Shown piece after piece: positions 8,516 to 17,110 of a stretch of DNA of 64,000 nt. How positions within the stretch are numbered: position 1 is the first letter of the stretch; each line of letters opens with the position of its first letter. The position numbers were made by a program, and so were the translations under genes. Source of the stretch: a virus; the UHGV virus genome UHGV-0225074. One strand, 5' to 3'. The notes beneath the pieces were generated by a model, which was not told the DNA's origin, did no database searches, and worked only from the letters and a program-made list of their open reading frames with translations.

Positions 8516-9589
8516 TTATTCTCCTTTTATATTCAGCAATTTACGGACAGCTTCTTCGGCTTTCTGAGTACGTTCTTTGTAATCACTGCCGGAGATAACC
8601 ACCACCTTGCTTGTATCGTAAGATGCTCTGATCATTGTGTCAAGCAAAGAATGTGTTTCTTTACGTTTTTCTGGTGTATCCTGCAAGCGAAGAGGATCAG
8701 CAACCCACGGGACCTCTGGTGTGAGGAACAGGAATAGGTCGTAGAAGTTGTAGCTCTCTTCACGGCTCAGTGTGCGGAACAGAAGATCGGAGTAGTCGAT
8801 CTTGTCTGCACAAATACCAGAGAAGTGGGTGATCAGGTTTGTGGTGTCAGAGAACATAACCCCACAACCACCACAGCCAGCCAATTCCATCTCCTTCAGG
8901 CGATGCTCCATTGCGATACGCAGGTAGTCTCCACGAGACATTGCTAACTCACTGGAATGGTATTCACGCTCACAGATAAGCCGTCCGACCTCAGGAATCC
9001 AACCAGCACCGAAGGTATGCGCCAGATGCCGTGTCAGTGTGGTCTTGCCCGTACTCTCAACCCCAATGATGGCAACCTTCTTCATGAAGCGCTTACGTGC
9101 AGGCCACGCTAGGTTGTAGAAGTTGTTGTACGGATCATTACGGATCATCGTGGCTGAGATAGGAACAGCTTTACGTTCTGCGTCGATAACTACATGCTTC
9201 GCTTCAGGGAAGAACTCACTGAAGTAAGACTCATACTCCGGCTCAGAAGAGAAAGCAAAATCGTACTTAACGAACGGTTGCTTTTCACGGATCAGTTTTG
9301 CATAGGCAGCACTGCCTTCAGGGTATCCTGGGATATTCGACTCATCAACGTAGTCAACCTTCACGTTGTCCAAGCCCTCATCGGCAATAACATCCAGCAG
9401 GTCACGATAGCGATCAGCAAGACCCAACTTTGGACGAATCCATTCTGGTTGTGCGTCAACGAATTTCTGGTCATAGGACAGGAACAGATACAGAGCACTA
9501 ACCTGTTGCGCCGCCTGACGAATAAAGGCAATATGCCCGTTGGTCAGGGGTGCAAACTTACCGAAGATAAGGCCGCGAGTCATTGTCAT
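8516..9589 (-). CDS. nadR: NadR-like bifunctional NMN adenylyltransferase / ribosylnicotinamide kinase (no HTH domain)
   Basis: SD GGAG before ATG; N-terminal nucleotidyltransferase motifs GKFAPLTNGH (HxGH) and ISATMIRND (ISSTxxR); C-terminal Walker A IIGVESTGKTTL as in the NadR RNK domain. Confidence 0.8.
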   Translation of the reverse strand: MTMTRGLIFGKFAPLTNGHIAFIRQAAQQVSALYLFLSYDQKFVDAQPEWIRPKLGLADRYRDLLDVIADEGLDNVKVDYVDESNIPGYPEGSAAYAKLIREKQPFVKYDFAFSSEPEYESYFSEFFPEAKHVVIDAERKAVPISATMIRNDPYNNFYNLAWPARKRFMKKVAIIGVESTGKTTLTRHLAHTFGAGWIPEVGRLICEREYHSSELAMSRGDYLRIAMEHRLKEMELAGCGGCGVMFSDTTNLITHFSGICADKIDYSDLLFRTLSREESYNFYDLFLFLTPEVPWVADPLRLQDTPEKRKETHSLLDTMIRASYDTSKVVVISGSDYKERTQKAEEAVRKLLNIKGE

Positions 9590-9873
9590 TTGTTTTTCTC
9601 CATTGAATCTATTGATGATTCGGCAACTGCCTTGTCAAACTTTGCTTTTGCAATTTCCAGCTCAAAGGCCGCGATTTTCAAATTGGCAAGTGTGATTTTG
9701 CTTTGAAGTTCCATCCTACGAGCGGACTGCTCCTCGACCGATTTCAATCCTTTACCATAGGACCGCAGCATGTCTGGAGTCTCCTCCTTGATAGGAGTAG
9801 TAGCTTGTGCAACAAAAGATAACGCAAACAACGTAACGAAGATAATCTTTTTCATGATTAATCCTTTTGGCAT
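9586..9873 (-). CDS. secreted/periplasmic coiled-coil protein
   Basis: Signal peptide MKKIIFVTLFALSFVAQA; Lys/Glu/Ala-rich helical remainder. Confidence 0.45.
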   Translation of the reverse strand: MPKGLIMKKIIFVTLFALSFVAQATTPIKEETPDMLRSYGKGLKSVEEQSARRMELQSKITLANLKIAAFELEIAKAKFDKAVAESSIDSMEKNK

Positions 9874-10172
9874 TTGTAAACTTGTGCCACACGAGTTACT
9901 GATTTTTTGGTCGGATTGATAGAAGAACCCTGATACCAGCGAGACTCCTCGCTCAGGATGTTCCCTACCTGTGCGTCCTTTTTTGGGATCACGGTGTCGA
10001 TGCAGGTCTCACCCATGCTATCCTTCATATGGGACCAGATGCTCAGGGAGAAGCGCTCAATTTTATTGCACACCTCAACCTTGCACATCGGTTCGGTTTG
10101 GAAATCATCATCTTCTGCATGGGATGCCGCAACAAAGGCCATAGCCAGCAGAGCAATCGTTAATTTTTTCAT
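9858..10172 (-). CDS. secreted Cys-containing protein
   Basis: Signal peptide MKKLTIALLAMAFVAASHA; mature part with 4 Cys. Confidence 0.45.
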   Translation of the reverse strand: MKKLTIALLAMAFVAASHAEDDDFQTEPMCKVEVCNKIERFSLSIWSHMKDSMGETCIDTVIPKKDAQVGNILSEESRWYQGSSINPTKKSVTRVAQVYKCQKD

Positions 10173-10205
10173 TTGAATCTCCTCTTGAGATTATTTATTC
10201 AGCGC

Positions 10206-10412
10206 TTAGTAGCGAGACCACTTCACGCGACCACCGTCGCAGACCAGTTTATTCTCAACGACAATGCCATCCGCACTGTTTGCCAAGCGTTGTTCACCGT
10301 TAGGCTTACAATTATGAGTGACGGTATCTGCTGTGTCAACAACAAAAAGCGCCACTACCACAATTATTCCAACGATCACTAAAGGTTTCACCCAAGGCAT
10401 AAATCCACGCAT
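10206..10412 (-). CDS. membrane-anchored small protein
   Basis: N-terminal TM (LVIVGIIVVVALFVV) then Cys-containing periplasmic tail. Confidence 0.4.
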   Translation of the reverse strand: MRGFMPWVKPLVIVGIIVVVALFVVDTADTVTHNCKPNGEQRLANSADGIVVENKLVCDGGRVKWSRY

Positions 10413-10422
10413 TTATTTCCCC

Positions 10423-10668
10423 TTACCAGCCAGAAGTATCGACAATCACGCCGCCCAAAAGAAGCAGGAAGAATTCAAGCATAAACATACCGAAACCTGC
10501 TCCCAAAATTTCTTTTGTTTGTTGCTCATGGTCTGCTGTAAATGAAAGCCCCAACGTTGTCAGCATGGTCAGGGCCATAAGGCCTAACACTGCATAAATA
10601 AAATGTGAAAGCTTCATAGGGCGATACTCCAGAGATGCACCGTAAAAGCAGCGTTGATGACTGCACAA
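10423..10668 (-). CDS. small membrane protein
   Basis: 81 aa, two hydrophobic helices. Confidence 0.4.
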   Translation of the reverse strand: MCSHQRCFYGASLEYRPMKLSHFIYAVLGLMALTMLTTLGLSFTADHEQQTKEILGAGFGMFMLEFFLLLLGGVIVDTSGW

Positions 10669-10850
10669 CCTACGTACACCGTGCGGTGTGTTTCATCTTT
10701 TGAAAAGACAGCGCCGAAGGCACAAGAAACACAGGCCACTGCTGCCAGAACTAAAAAGAAATAATTGATTGCCTCTAACATACACCCTCCAGGTTATTTA
10801 GCTTCCATAACAATAAAGCCCCTCAACCATGAAGTCAAGAGGCTTTTGAA

Positions 10851-11210
10851 TTATTTTTGCAGCTCCTTAATGTAGTCCCGCAAACCGCAAATCATATTAT
10901 ATTTTGCCGTTTCTTCTTCGGTGAGCGGTCTGACTTCTTCATCCACACCAACATTGTTGTGGTAGTCCCACCAAGCGTCTACATGGACAAGTACAAGAAA
11001 CTGTTCATATCCTCTTTTACGTGTTTCCCACACGGCCCGCTCACCAGTAAAATCTGCTGGCAAGCTATAGATGAAGTTCCTCAGCAGTTCTTTGGTGAGG
11101 ACATCTGCGAGGTAGTCTGGTGTTTGTGCCTTGACAATATTCATGATCTCTTCATCAGAGATATCTACTTCCACGTTCTGTACAACAGTTTGTTTGCCAG
11201 TTACTTTCAT
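10851..11210 (-). CDS. hypothetical protein
   Basis: 119-aa ORF with RBS; acidic. Confidence 0.5.
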   Translation of the reverse strand: MKVTGKQTVVQNVEVDISDEEIMNIVKAQTPDYLADVLTKELLRNFIYSLPADFTGERAVWETRKRGYEQFLVLVHVDAWWDYHNNVGVDEEVRPLTEEETAKYNMICGLRDYIKELQK

Positions 11211-11222
11211 TTATCCTCCAAT

Positions 11223-11247
11223 GCAAAAAGGCCCCGAAGGGCCTTGG
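11223..11247 (-). terminator. rho-independent terminator (minus strand)
   Basis: GGCCC-TTCG-GGGCC hairpin followed by T-run on the minus strand, directly downstream of the 11256-11660 gene. Confidence 0.5.
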
Positions 11248-11255
11248 CGGGTAGA

Positions 11256-11660
11256 TTACAGAGACTCCAGCTCTTTCAGGATCTCTTCACGAGACATCGC
11301 TGCATCTTTCTCGTTATCCTTCTCTGCCAGCAGATCCAGCAGTTTGCGGCGGCGATCCGCTTTCTCCTGAGCCGCCATGCGGGCAGCTTGTTCAGCCTTA
11401 CGCACTGCGATGATGTGCTTCAGCACATCCAGTTTCAGGACGGCGATATCGTTGACAGGGGTCGCATCAACTACAAAGCTCTCTTCCGCAGAAACCTTCA
11501 CATCGCGGTTTGCCAGTTTGGAAACCGTATCCAGGCTGGTATTACCAGTCATCGGTAGGTCCCACAGGTCTTCTGTGGTCAGCAGACCTTTCGGGCTTGC
11601 GAAACGCAGTTTTTGACGGGTAGCCAGTTCGAACAGGGTCGGTGCGTTGATGATAGCCAT
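11256..11660 (-). CDS. hypothetical protein
   Basis: 134-aa ORF; Ala/Lys/Glu-rich C-terminal half. Confidence 0.5.
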   Translation of the reverse strand: MAIINAPTLFELATRQKLRFASPKGLLTTEDLWDLPMTGNTSLDTVSKLANRDVKVSAEESFVVDATPVNDIAVLKLDVLKHIIAVRKAEQAARMAAQEKADRRRKLLDLLAEKDNEKDAAMSREEILKELESL

Positions 11661-11677
11661 TGTTTTGTTTCTCCTCT

Positions 11678-11890
11678 TTAGTTTTTTAAGATGCCGCGTT
11701 CTTCAAGAATCGCGACTAATTGTGCTTCTGTTGCCCGGTACGTAAAGGAGTGCAACATTTTCTTTGCAGTTATGTACGCACACCCGAACTCATTGCATAT
11801 CCTTTGGTAAGGATTTTCTGGAGGAGCGAACCCCTCCAGACATGCAATGAGTCTATCAGTTACCGGGGTTGGTTGCAACCCCGTTTTCAT
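11678..11890 (-). CDS. hypothetical protein
   Basis: 70-aa ORF with Cys pairs. Confidence 0.4.
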   Translation of the reverse strand: MKTGLQPTPVTDRLIACLEGFAPPENPYQRICNEFGCAYITAKKMLHSFTYRATEAQLVAILEERGILKN

Positions 11891-13920
11891 CAGAATTTAA
11901 TCTTCAGGGTGCGGTTGAAAGAACCAGTAACCTTCACAACCAACTCATTACGCTGGGTAGACGAGAAGCCCAGGCCGCTCAGTTGATCAGCGGAGTGTTC
12001 AGCTTTGAGCTTGGAACCCAACACTTCGAACACTTTACGATGCTCATGCAGCTCGTCACGCAGATATTCATTGTAGAAGCCACGAGTATCGTCAGGGTTA
12101 ATGCAACCTTCCAGCATAAAGAAGTAATGTTTGTTACCTTTGGTCTGACCATCCCAGAAGTTAGGAGAATTCAGCACCAGAGAAACTTTCTGGAAGGTCT
12201 CGGTAGAGACGCCCCATACTTCTTTAGATTGCTTAGTATGCCCGATGCTGTCTACAATTTCAACACCTTTCGCACGAGAATACTTAAAGGTTACAACGGT
12301 CTGGCTCTTGCTATTACCCAAAGCTTGCGGGTATGCGAAGTTGAACACTTGGCCTTTGTATTCCATCTGGACTTCAAAGCCAACGCGATCAGTCATGCGC
12401 TTATTATAGTTGTTAACAACAACCTTGTAAACACCTTCCGTGATATTACGCTCATTTTCCCACGTAACGTTCTCAACCGGATGGTGTGCGTCTGACTTGC
12501 CATAGGCATTCATATCCACATCCAGCGTACCCGTTGAGCGACCACGTTTGTGACCGAAGTAAATTTGACCACCACCCGGCTCGAATACGTGCAGGTCGAG
12601 GTCATCACTGTTGTACCAAGACAACGAAACACGCAGGTCACCAGTAACGCTACCGCCAGCGGCTTTCACACGCTCCTTGATGGAGTCAGCTACTTCGCCA
12701 TTATACGACCAAGAGAAGCCGTTATCCCATTTGAATAGGTTAGGAGCACCTGCGTTTGCCGGGGCAACCAAGCTCATCAGGTTCGGTGTCAGACGACCTT
12801 CAACCAGCGCCTCGATAGTGTCCGCTTTCGGTAGAACGTTGTTGATGAAATCCTCAATGCTGATCTCTTCTACTTTCGACAGTGACTTCGGCGCGTTTTT
12901 GGTTGACGCTGCCAGTTGCTCGAATACGTTCATCTGGGCCTTTGCAGAACGGTCAGCAAACAACACGTTGTTGATCGTCAGGTCAGAGGTCACCGCAAAG
13001 CGACGTGCCAGAGATTCAGTCAAGCCGAGGGCTTCAACCTTCTCTTGTGCTGCCTTGATCATGCCCGGAGTTACCAGAGCTGTAGTACGCTTGTAGTTGG
13101 TCCCTGAGACTTTGTCTTCAAAGGACTTCACTGCGGATTCAAGATCAATACCTTCTGCCAGATCGCTCATCAGTGTACCGATGACATCATTACGGAAGCG
13201 GCCCAGTTTACCCAGCGTTTCACTTTGTTTCCAGCAGAAGTTCATTCGCTGATCTTCCGGCGTTTTGTCGTATGCACGTTTCGCCTTAATAAAGGCAGCA
13301 ACAATGTGCTTTTTCTCATCACCACGATACAGAGAGCCTTGGTTGATCAGGTCCATTACCGTTTCGGCAGAGTCCATATCGATATCTTTCAGAGAACGTG
13401 CCAGCACAGTTGCGTTGTCACGGTACTCACCTAGGGCCGAAGGGATATCTTCACCACGTTTAACCAGCTCGCGAGGCAGGGCCTGATGGAAGTGGGTCCA
13501 GGTTTTGGTTTTCCCATTTTCCAGCAGAGCTACGTTGCTCTCAGTACCAACGCGGCCTTCAAAGTGGAAGAAGCGATCGCGGATCTCGGAGCTTTCAACA
13601 CGCGCTTTCATCGCATCGGCAACAACTTGGTAGTAACCACCAACTTTAACGTCCCAAATAGAGACCAGCTTGCCGTTGTGAATCGCGACTACTCGGCCCA
13701 GAGTACGGATGTAGCTCTTGCAGCAGTTACAGTCATATTCACGGCGCTCTTTATACATCAGGTTGGTGCCTTCCGGGAAAGAATCGAGATACAGGTCGTA
13801 CAGTTCATCTTTCGGTACATCGACCGTGTAAAGCGCACCCAGCGCTTGCATGACAGCGAACTGAGCTTTCAGAGCTTTTACGAAGTCAGCGTAAGGTACG
13901 GTTTCATATTTTGCGGTCAT
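11890..13920 (-). CDS. large hypothetical protein (676 aa)
   Basis: First gene after a sigma70-like promoter; long uninterrupted ORF; no family motif recognised. Confidence 0.6.
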   Translation of the reverse strand: MTAKYETVPYADFVKALKAQFAVMQALGALYTVDVPKDELYDLYLDSFPEGTNLMYKERREYDCNCCKSYIRTLGRVVAIHNGKLVSIWDVKVGGYYQVVADAMKARVESSEIRDRFFHFEGRVGTESNVALLENGKTKTWTHFHQALPRELVKRGEDIPSALGEYRDNATVLARSLKDIDMDSAETVMDLINQGSLYRGDEKKHIVAAFIKAKRAYDKTPEDQRMNFCWKQSETLGKLGRFRNDVIGTLMSDLAEGIDLESAVKSFEDKVSGTNYKRTTALVTPGMIKAAQEKVEALGLTESLARRFAVTSDLTINNVLFADRSAKAQMNVFEQLAASTKNAPKSLSKVEEISIEDFINNVLPKADTIEALVEGRLTPNLMSLVAPANAGAPNLFKWDNGFSWSYNGEVADSIKERVKAAGGSVTGDLRVSLSWYNSDDLDLHVFEPGGGQIYFGHKRGRSTGTLDVDMNAYGKSDAHHPVENVTWENERNITEGVYKVVVNNYNKRMTDRVGFEVQMEYKGQVFNFAYPQALGNSKSQTVVTFKYSRAKGVEIVDSIGHTKQSKEVWGVSTETFQKVSLVLNSPNFWDGQTKGNKHYFFMLEGCINPDDTRGFYNEYLRDELHEHRKVFEVLGSKLKAEHSADQLSGLGFSSTQRNELVVKVTGSFNRTLKIKF

Positions 13921-13978
13921 TTCGTTCTCCTGTTTGTGAAGTTATTTTGAAGCGAGGTCTCTCGTCTTCATGTGATAC

Positions 13979-14007
13979 ACTTTAATGCTATTAGAAACGG
14001 GTGTCAA
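13979..14007 (-). promoter_or_regulatory. sigma70-like promoter (minus strand) upstream of the 676-aa gene
   Basis: Minus-strand TTGACA, 17 nt, TAAAGT, about 60 nt upstream of ATG at 13920. Confidence 0.4.
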
Positions 14008-14041
14008 CACTATTTTTCAAATATTTTCTCATGTATGCCAT

Positions 14042-14245
14042 TCATTCCTTATCTCCAAGCAGGCATGGAGGGACAGGAAGCTCCTGCCAGTGCGTCACAC
14101 CGTCGATGTTATCTAGATAATCTCCATCATCCCAGCGCCCATCTTCTGAGAGGAAGGCAATCCACATACCCTCACCCCTCACAACTAAAACCCATTTACC
14201 TACCTGCGGCAGGGCATCTTTGCATGAAATCCAGTCAGTCAACAT
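14042..14245 (-). CDS. hypothetical protein
   Basis: SD GAGGAG before ATG; 67 aa. Confidence 0.5.
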   Translation of the reverse strand: MLTDWISCKDALPQVGKWVLVVRGEGMWIAFLSEDGRWDDGDYLDNIDGVTHWQELPVPPCLLGDKE

Positions 14246-14339
14246 AATTTTCTCCTCACTCTTCCGTAGCTACTTACTTGATATCTCCCCTCCGAAGAGG
14301 GGATGTCTTTCCATAACTCCATATAAAAATCCTTATATA

Positions 14340-17054
14340 TCAATGACATTGTGCCCAATTAGCGCCAGTCAGGTATGCTCCTGTAATATGCACGGGGCTT
14401 CCCATAATACGAGCTGCCTTCTCTACACATCTTACGACCATTTCACCTACAGGGCAATACTGGATGTGAATTTTACCATCCTCTCCAAAAATACCCTCGT
14501 AGACTGTATTGCCTTCCGCATCCTTGACTTTATCACCATTTTCATCTTTGACGGCCTTTCTCCACTCATGCCCGTCAAATACGCGGCCTTTTGCTTCCCA
14601 TTCTTTTACGAAAGCTGTTGCCTCTTCCAGGGTATCAAACTCCCACTTCTTCAAGTATTTCTTAGGAACCTGGAGCTGGTATTCATCATGGTAGTAAATC
14701 AGGCGACGAACGTCATCATCATACCAGCCACGTTTGATCAGTTCCCAATGAAGAAGGATACCCACCAGATCGAATAGAGATGCACCACCGTTTTGCTGGA
14801 AAGCATTCAGAAGAGAGTGCTTAGAACGGGTCCAAATCTTACGACCATCGAGACCAGGGATATAACGTTTACCCGTTGCTTCCCAGAAGTTTTCAAGCCA
14901 TTCCTTACGACCTTTCAAACCAAAGTTACTATCCCAGAAAGCATCGATTACCGCCTGTGCCTTGTCAAGGGAAATGTGAAGCATTGCTGCAATCTTAGCT
15001 GCCTGAGCACCATACATGATGCCGTAGGTTACCCCTTTACCACCGTTACGCGTTACCAGAGTACCAGAAGCTTTGGTGTATGCCTCGGCGTTTCGTGCGT
15101 GGGCATCTCCACTTTCCATGATACGGAGGTATTCACCACCATCGAACTGATATGCACCCCATGCCGCGATCATACCTTCAAGGTTAGAACCATCGATACC
15201 GACCTGGTAATATTCATCGGTAACACCCCAGAGGCCACGCATCTCTTTACCCAATAACACCTTAGGGTCTGGTTTAGGCATGTTTGCACAAATGGTGTGC
15301 TTACAACGCCCGGTGTTAGTGATACCAGAGAAACGAGCTGGAAGTTTTCCATCAATCGCCAGGCGAGGATGATTCAACAGCCCTGTATCGTTTTTATCCT
15401 CGTCAATAGGGTCGAGAACAGAACGACGGTTACGTAATGACAGCCACTTAACAATCTGTTTAGCCAAGTGAACATCGATAACTTCAAGGTTAGGACACAG
15501 CTTGCCAAAGTTATCCTTCAACTGTGGTGAAGTCGGCAGTTGACGAGCTTTGCGTCTGAACTTCTTGAAGATCTCCTCGTAAACACGATCAGAACCATGA
15601 CGATGGTCGAACTTGTTTTCCGAGATATTGAACTTTGCGTCACTATTATTTAAGTACTCAAGAATCAGAGATTTATACTCGGACTCTCCAAGTTCTTCGA
15701 TGTACTTACGCACCAGACCATCAATCTCCGCATCATCGCGGGTCTTTTTGAACTGGTCTTTCGTCACATCTTTAACACGCCAGAGCGTTGGTTTCCATCC
15801 CGCATCGCGGATCAGATACTTCTTGATGTCGTCCTGGTTCGAGATCTTCATCGGAACCATCAGGTCTGGCATCTTTCCAGCACGAAGATCGGCAATTGCC
15901 TTTTCCATTAGGTCTGGTGGCAATGGGACAAGGGTATTCTCTTTCTTTATCTGGCTTCTAATGAAGTCTGGCATCGCTGCCGGGTCTTCAACACCATTCT
16001 GGATACAGTATCTTTCCCCTGCTGCACTTACATCACCGTTACCTTTAAACGCCGTCTTCGGTGGACCTTTGAATTCCAGCGCTTCACGATTAACTGGATA
16101 TCCCAGCTTGTATTCTAACCAATTCCACCCGTGATGGGAAATTCTTCCTGCACCATCAAAAGGATTAGCAGGGAATTTTGGCTGTTGAGACTTCGTCATC
16201 TCTTTGAGCGGGAGTTGAGGTTCTACTTCTTCCTCAATCTCTTTCATCATTACATCAATACGGTCTCTCAGCTTTTCAGCTTCATGCTTATTGAATGGAA
16301 CACCCTGAATTTCTTGCTCAATCATCAGGTAATCAGTCAACATACGGCGGCGTAGCGCGTTCTTCCAGTTGATCTGCCGCATCCCTTCCGGTTTATCTTT
16401 GTACATGAACTGCTTGTCATCAGGCCAGCGAGCACCTGTAGATTCATCGATCAGGGATTGCCATACTAACTCGTTGATTAAAACGTCTTCCCAGACACGA
16501 TTAACGTATTCCCACAAGGGTTGGTTACGCCAGTCATCGATCTGAACTTTCTTGTTTGCTACGCGGTAGCCCCAGGTCAACAGGCCATGAGGACCTACAC
16601 GGTCTCGCTTCCCAGTTACCGGGTTAAGAACAGAGTCAGGGCAACCGTTAGGTAATGGACGGTCAGGATAAAGCACACGGCTCATAGAGAGGGTGTCGTA
16701 GAGATTTACCTGTGTATCCCCAATCGTCCCCATGCACTTCGGGTCTTTGAACATATCATATTCAATGCCCGATAACTTCTTCCACAGACGCAGGTCATAG
16801 CCAAACAGGTTGTGACACGCAATGGCCCTACACGTCTTCAGGAAGCTTTCCAGCTCGTCGTATGAACGAATTGTAAGGTTAACATCCTTCTTGTTCCTGG
16901 CAAAGGCTACAGCGCTTTCATATTCTGGGTGTGCGGGGTCTAAAAACAGATTCCAGTTGTTGACTCCAAATTCTTTCAGCAAAGTACAATGGTACTTCGT
17001 TACTTCGTCTAACAGGCCATCGGCCTCGTTATCCAGTATAAACAGACCTTTAAT
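14340..17054 (-). CDS. DNA polymerase, family A (T7 gp5-like)
   Basis: N-terminus DNEADGLLDEVTKYHC aligns with T7 gp5 DIEANALLESVTKFHC; motif-B-like KGVTYGIMYGAQAAKIA; C-terminal ...GANWAQCH resembles T7 ...GPNWAICH. Upstream end extended past the track TTG (16982) to an in-frame ATT at 17054 that lies 4 nt after a perfect AGGAGG. Confidence 0.85.
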   Translation of the reverse strand: MKGLFILDNEADGLLDEVTKYHCTLLKEFGVNNWNLFLDPAHPEYESAVAFARNKKDVNLTIRSYDELESFLKTCRAIACHNLFGYDLRLWKKLSGIEYDMFKDPKCMGTIGDTQVNLYDTLSMSRVLYPDRPLPNGCPDSVLNPVTGKRDRVGPHGLLTWGYRVANKKVQIDDWRNQPLWEYVNRVWEDVLINELVWQSLIDESTGARWPDDKQFMYKDKPEGMRQINWKNALRRRMLTDYLMIEQEIQGVPFNKHEAEKLRDRIDVMMKEIEEEVEPQLPLKEMTKSQQPKFPANPFDGAGRISHHGWNWLEYKLGYPVNREALEFKGPPKTAFKGNGDVSAAGERYCIQNGVEDPAAMPDFIRSQIKKENTLVPLPPDLMEKAIADLRAGKMPDLMVPMKISNQDDIKKYLIRDAGWKPTLWRVKDVTKDQFKKTRDDAEIDGLVRKYIEELGESEYKSLILEYLNNSDAKFNISENKFDHRHGSDRVYEEIFKKFRRKARQLPTSPQLKDNFGKLCPNLEVIDVHLAKQIVKWLSLRNRRSVLDPIDEDKNDTGLLNHPRLAIDGKLPARFSGITNTGRCKHTICANMPKPDPKVLLGKEMRGLWGVTDEYYQVGIDGSNLEGMIAAWGAYQFDGGEYLRIMESGDAHARNAEAYTKASGTLVTRNGGKGVTYGIMYGAQAAKIAAMLHISLDKAQAVIDAFWDSNFGLKGRKEWLENFWEATGKRYIPGLDGRKIWTRSKHSLLNAFQQNGGASLFDLVGILLHWELIKRGWYDDDVRRLIYYHDEYQLQVPKKYLKKWEFDTLEEATAFVKEWEAKGRVFDGHEWRKAVKDENGDKVKDAEGNTVYEGIFGEDGKIHIQYCPVGEMVVRCVEKAARIMGSPVHITGAYLTGANWAQCH

Positions 17055-17110
17055 GATTCCTCCTATTCAAGGTGGGCTAGACTGTACCGTCGCCCACCTC
17101 TCAGTTGGTA

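Noticed and set aside
12550-13950. Plus-strand ORFs antisense to the 676-aa gene
   Set aside because: They lie fully inside a long minus-strand ORF that has a promoter and RBS, and have no translation signals.
15613-16355. Plus-strand ORFs antisense to the DNA polymerase
   Set aside because: They overlap a high-confidence polymerase gene and have no RBS.
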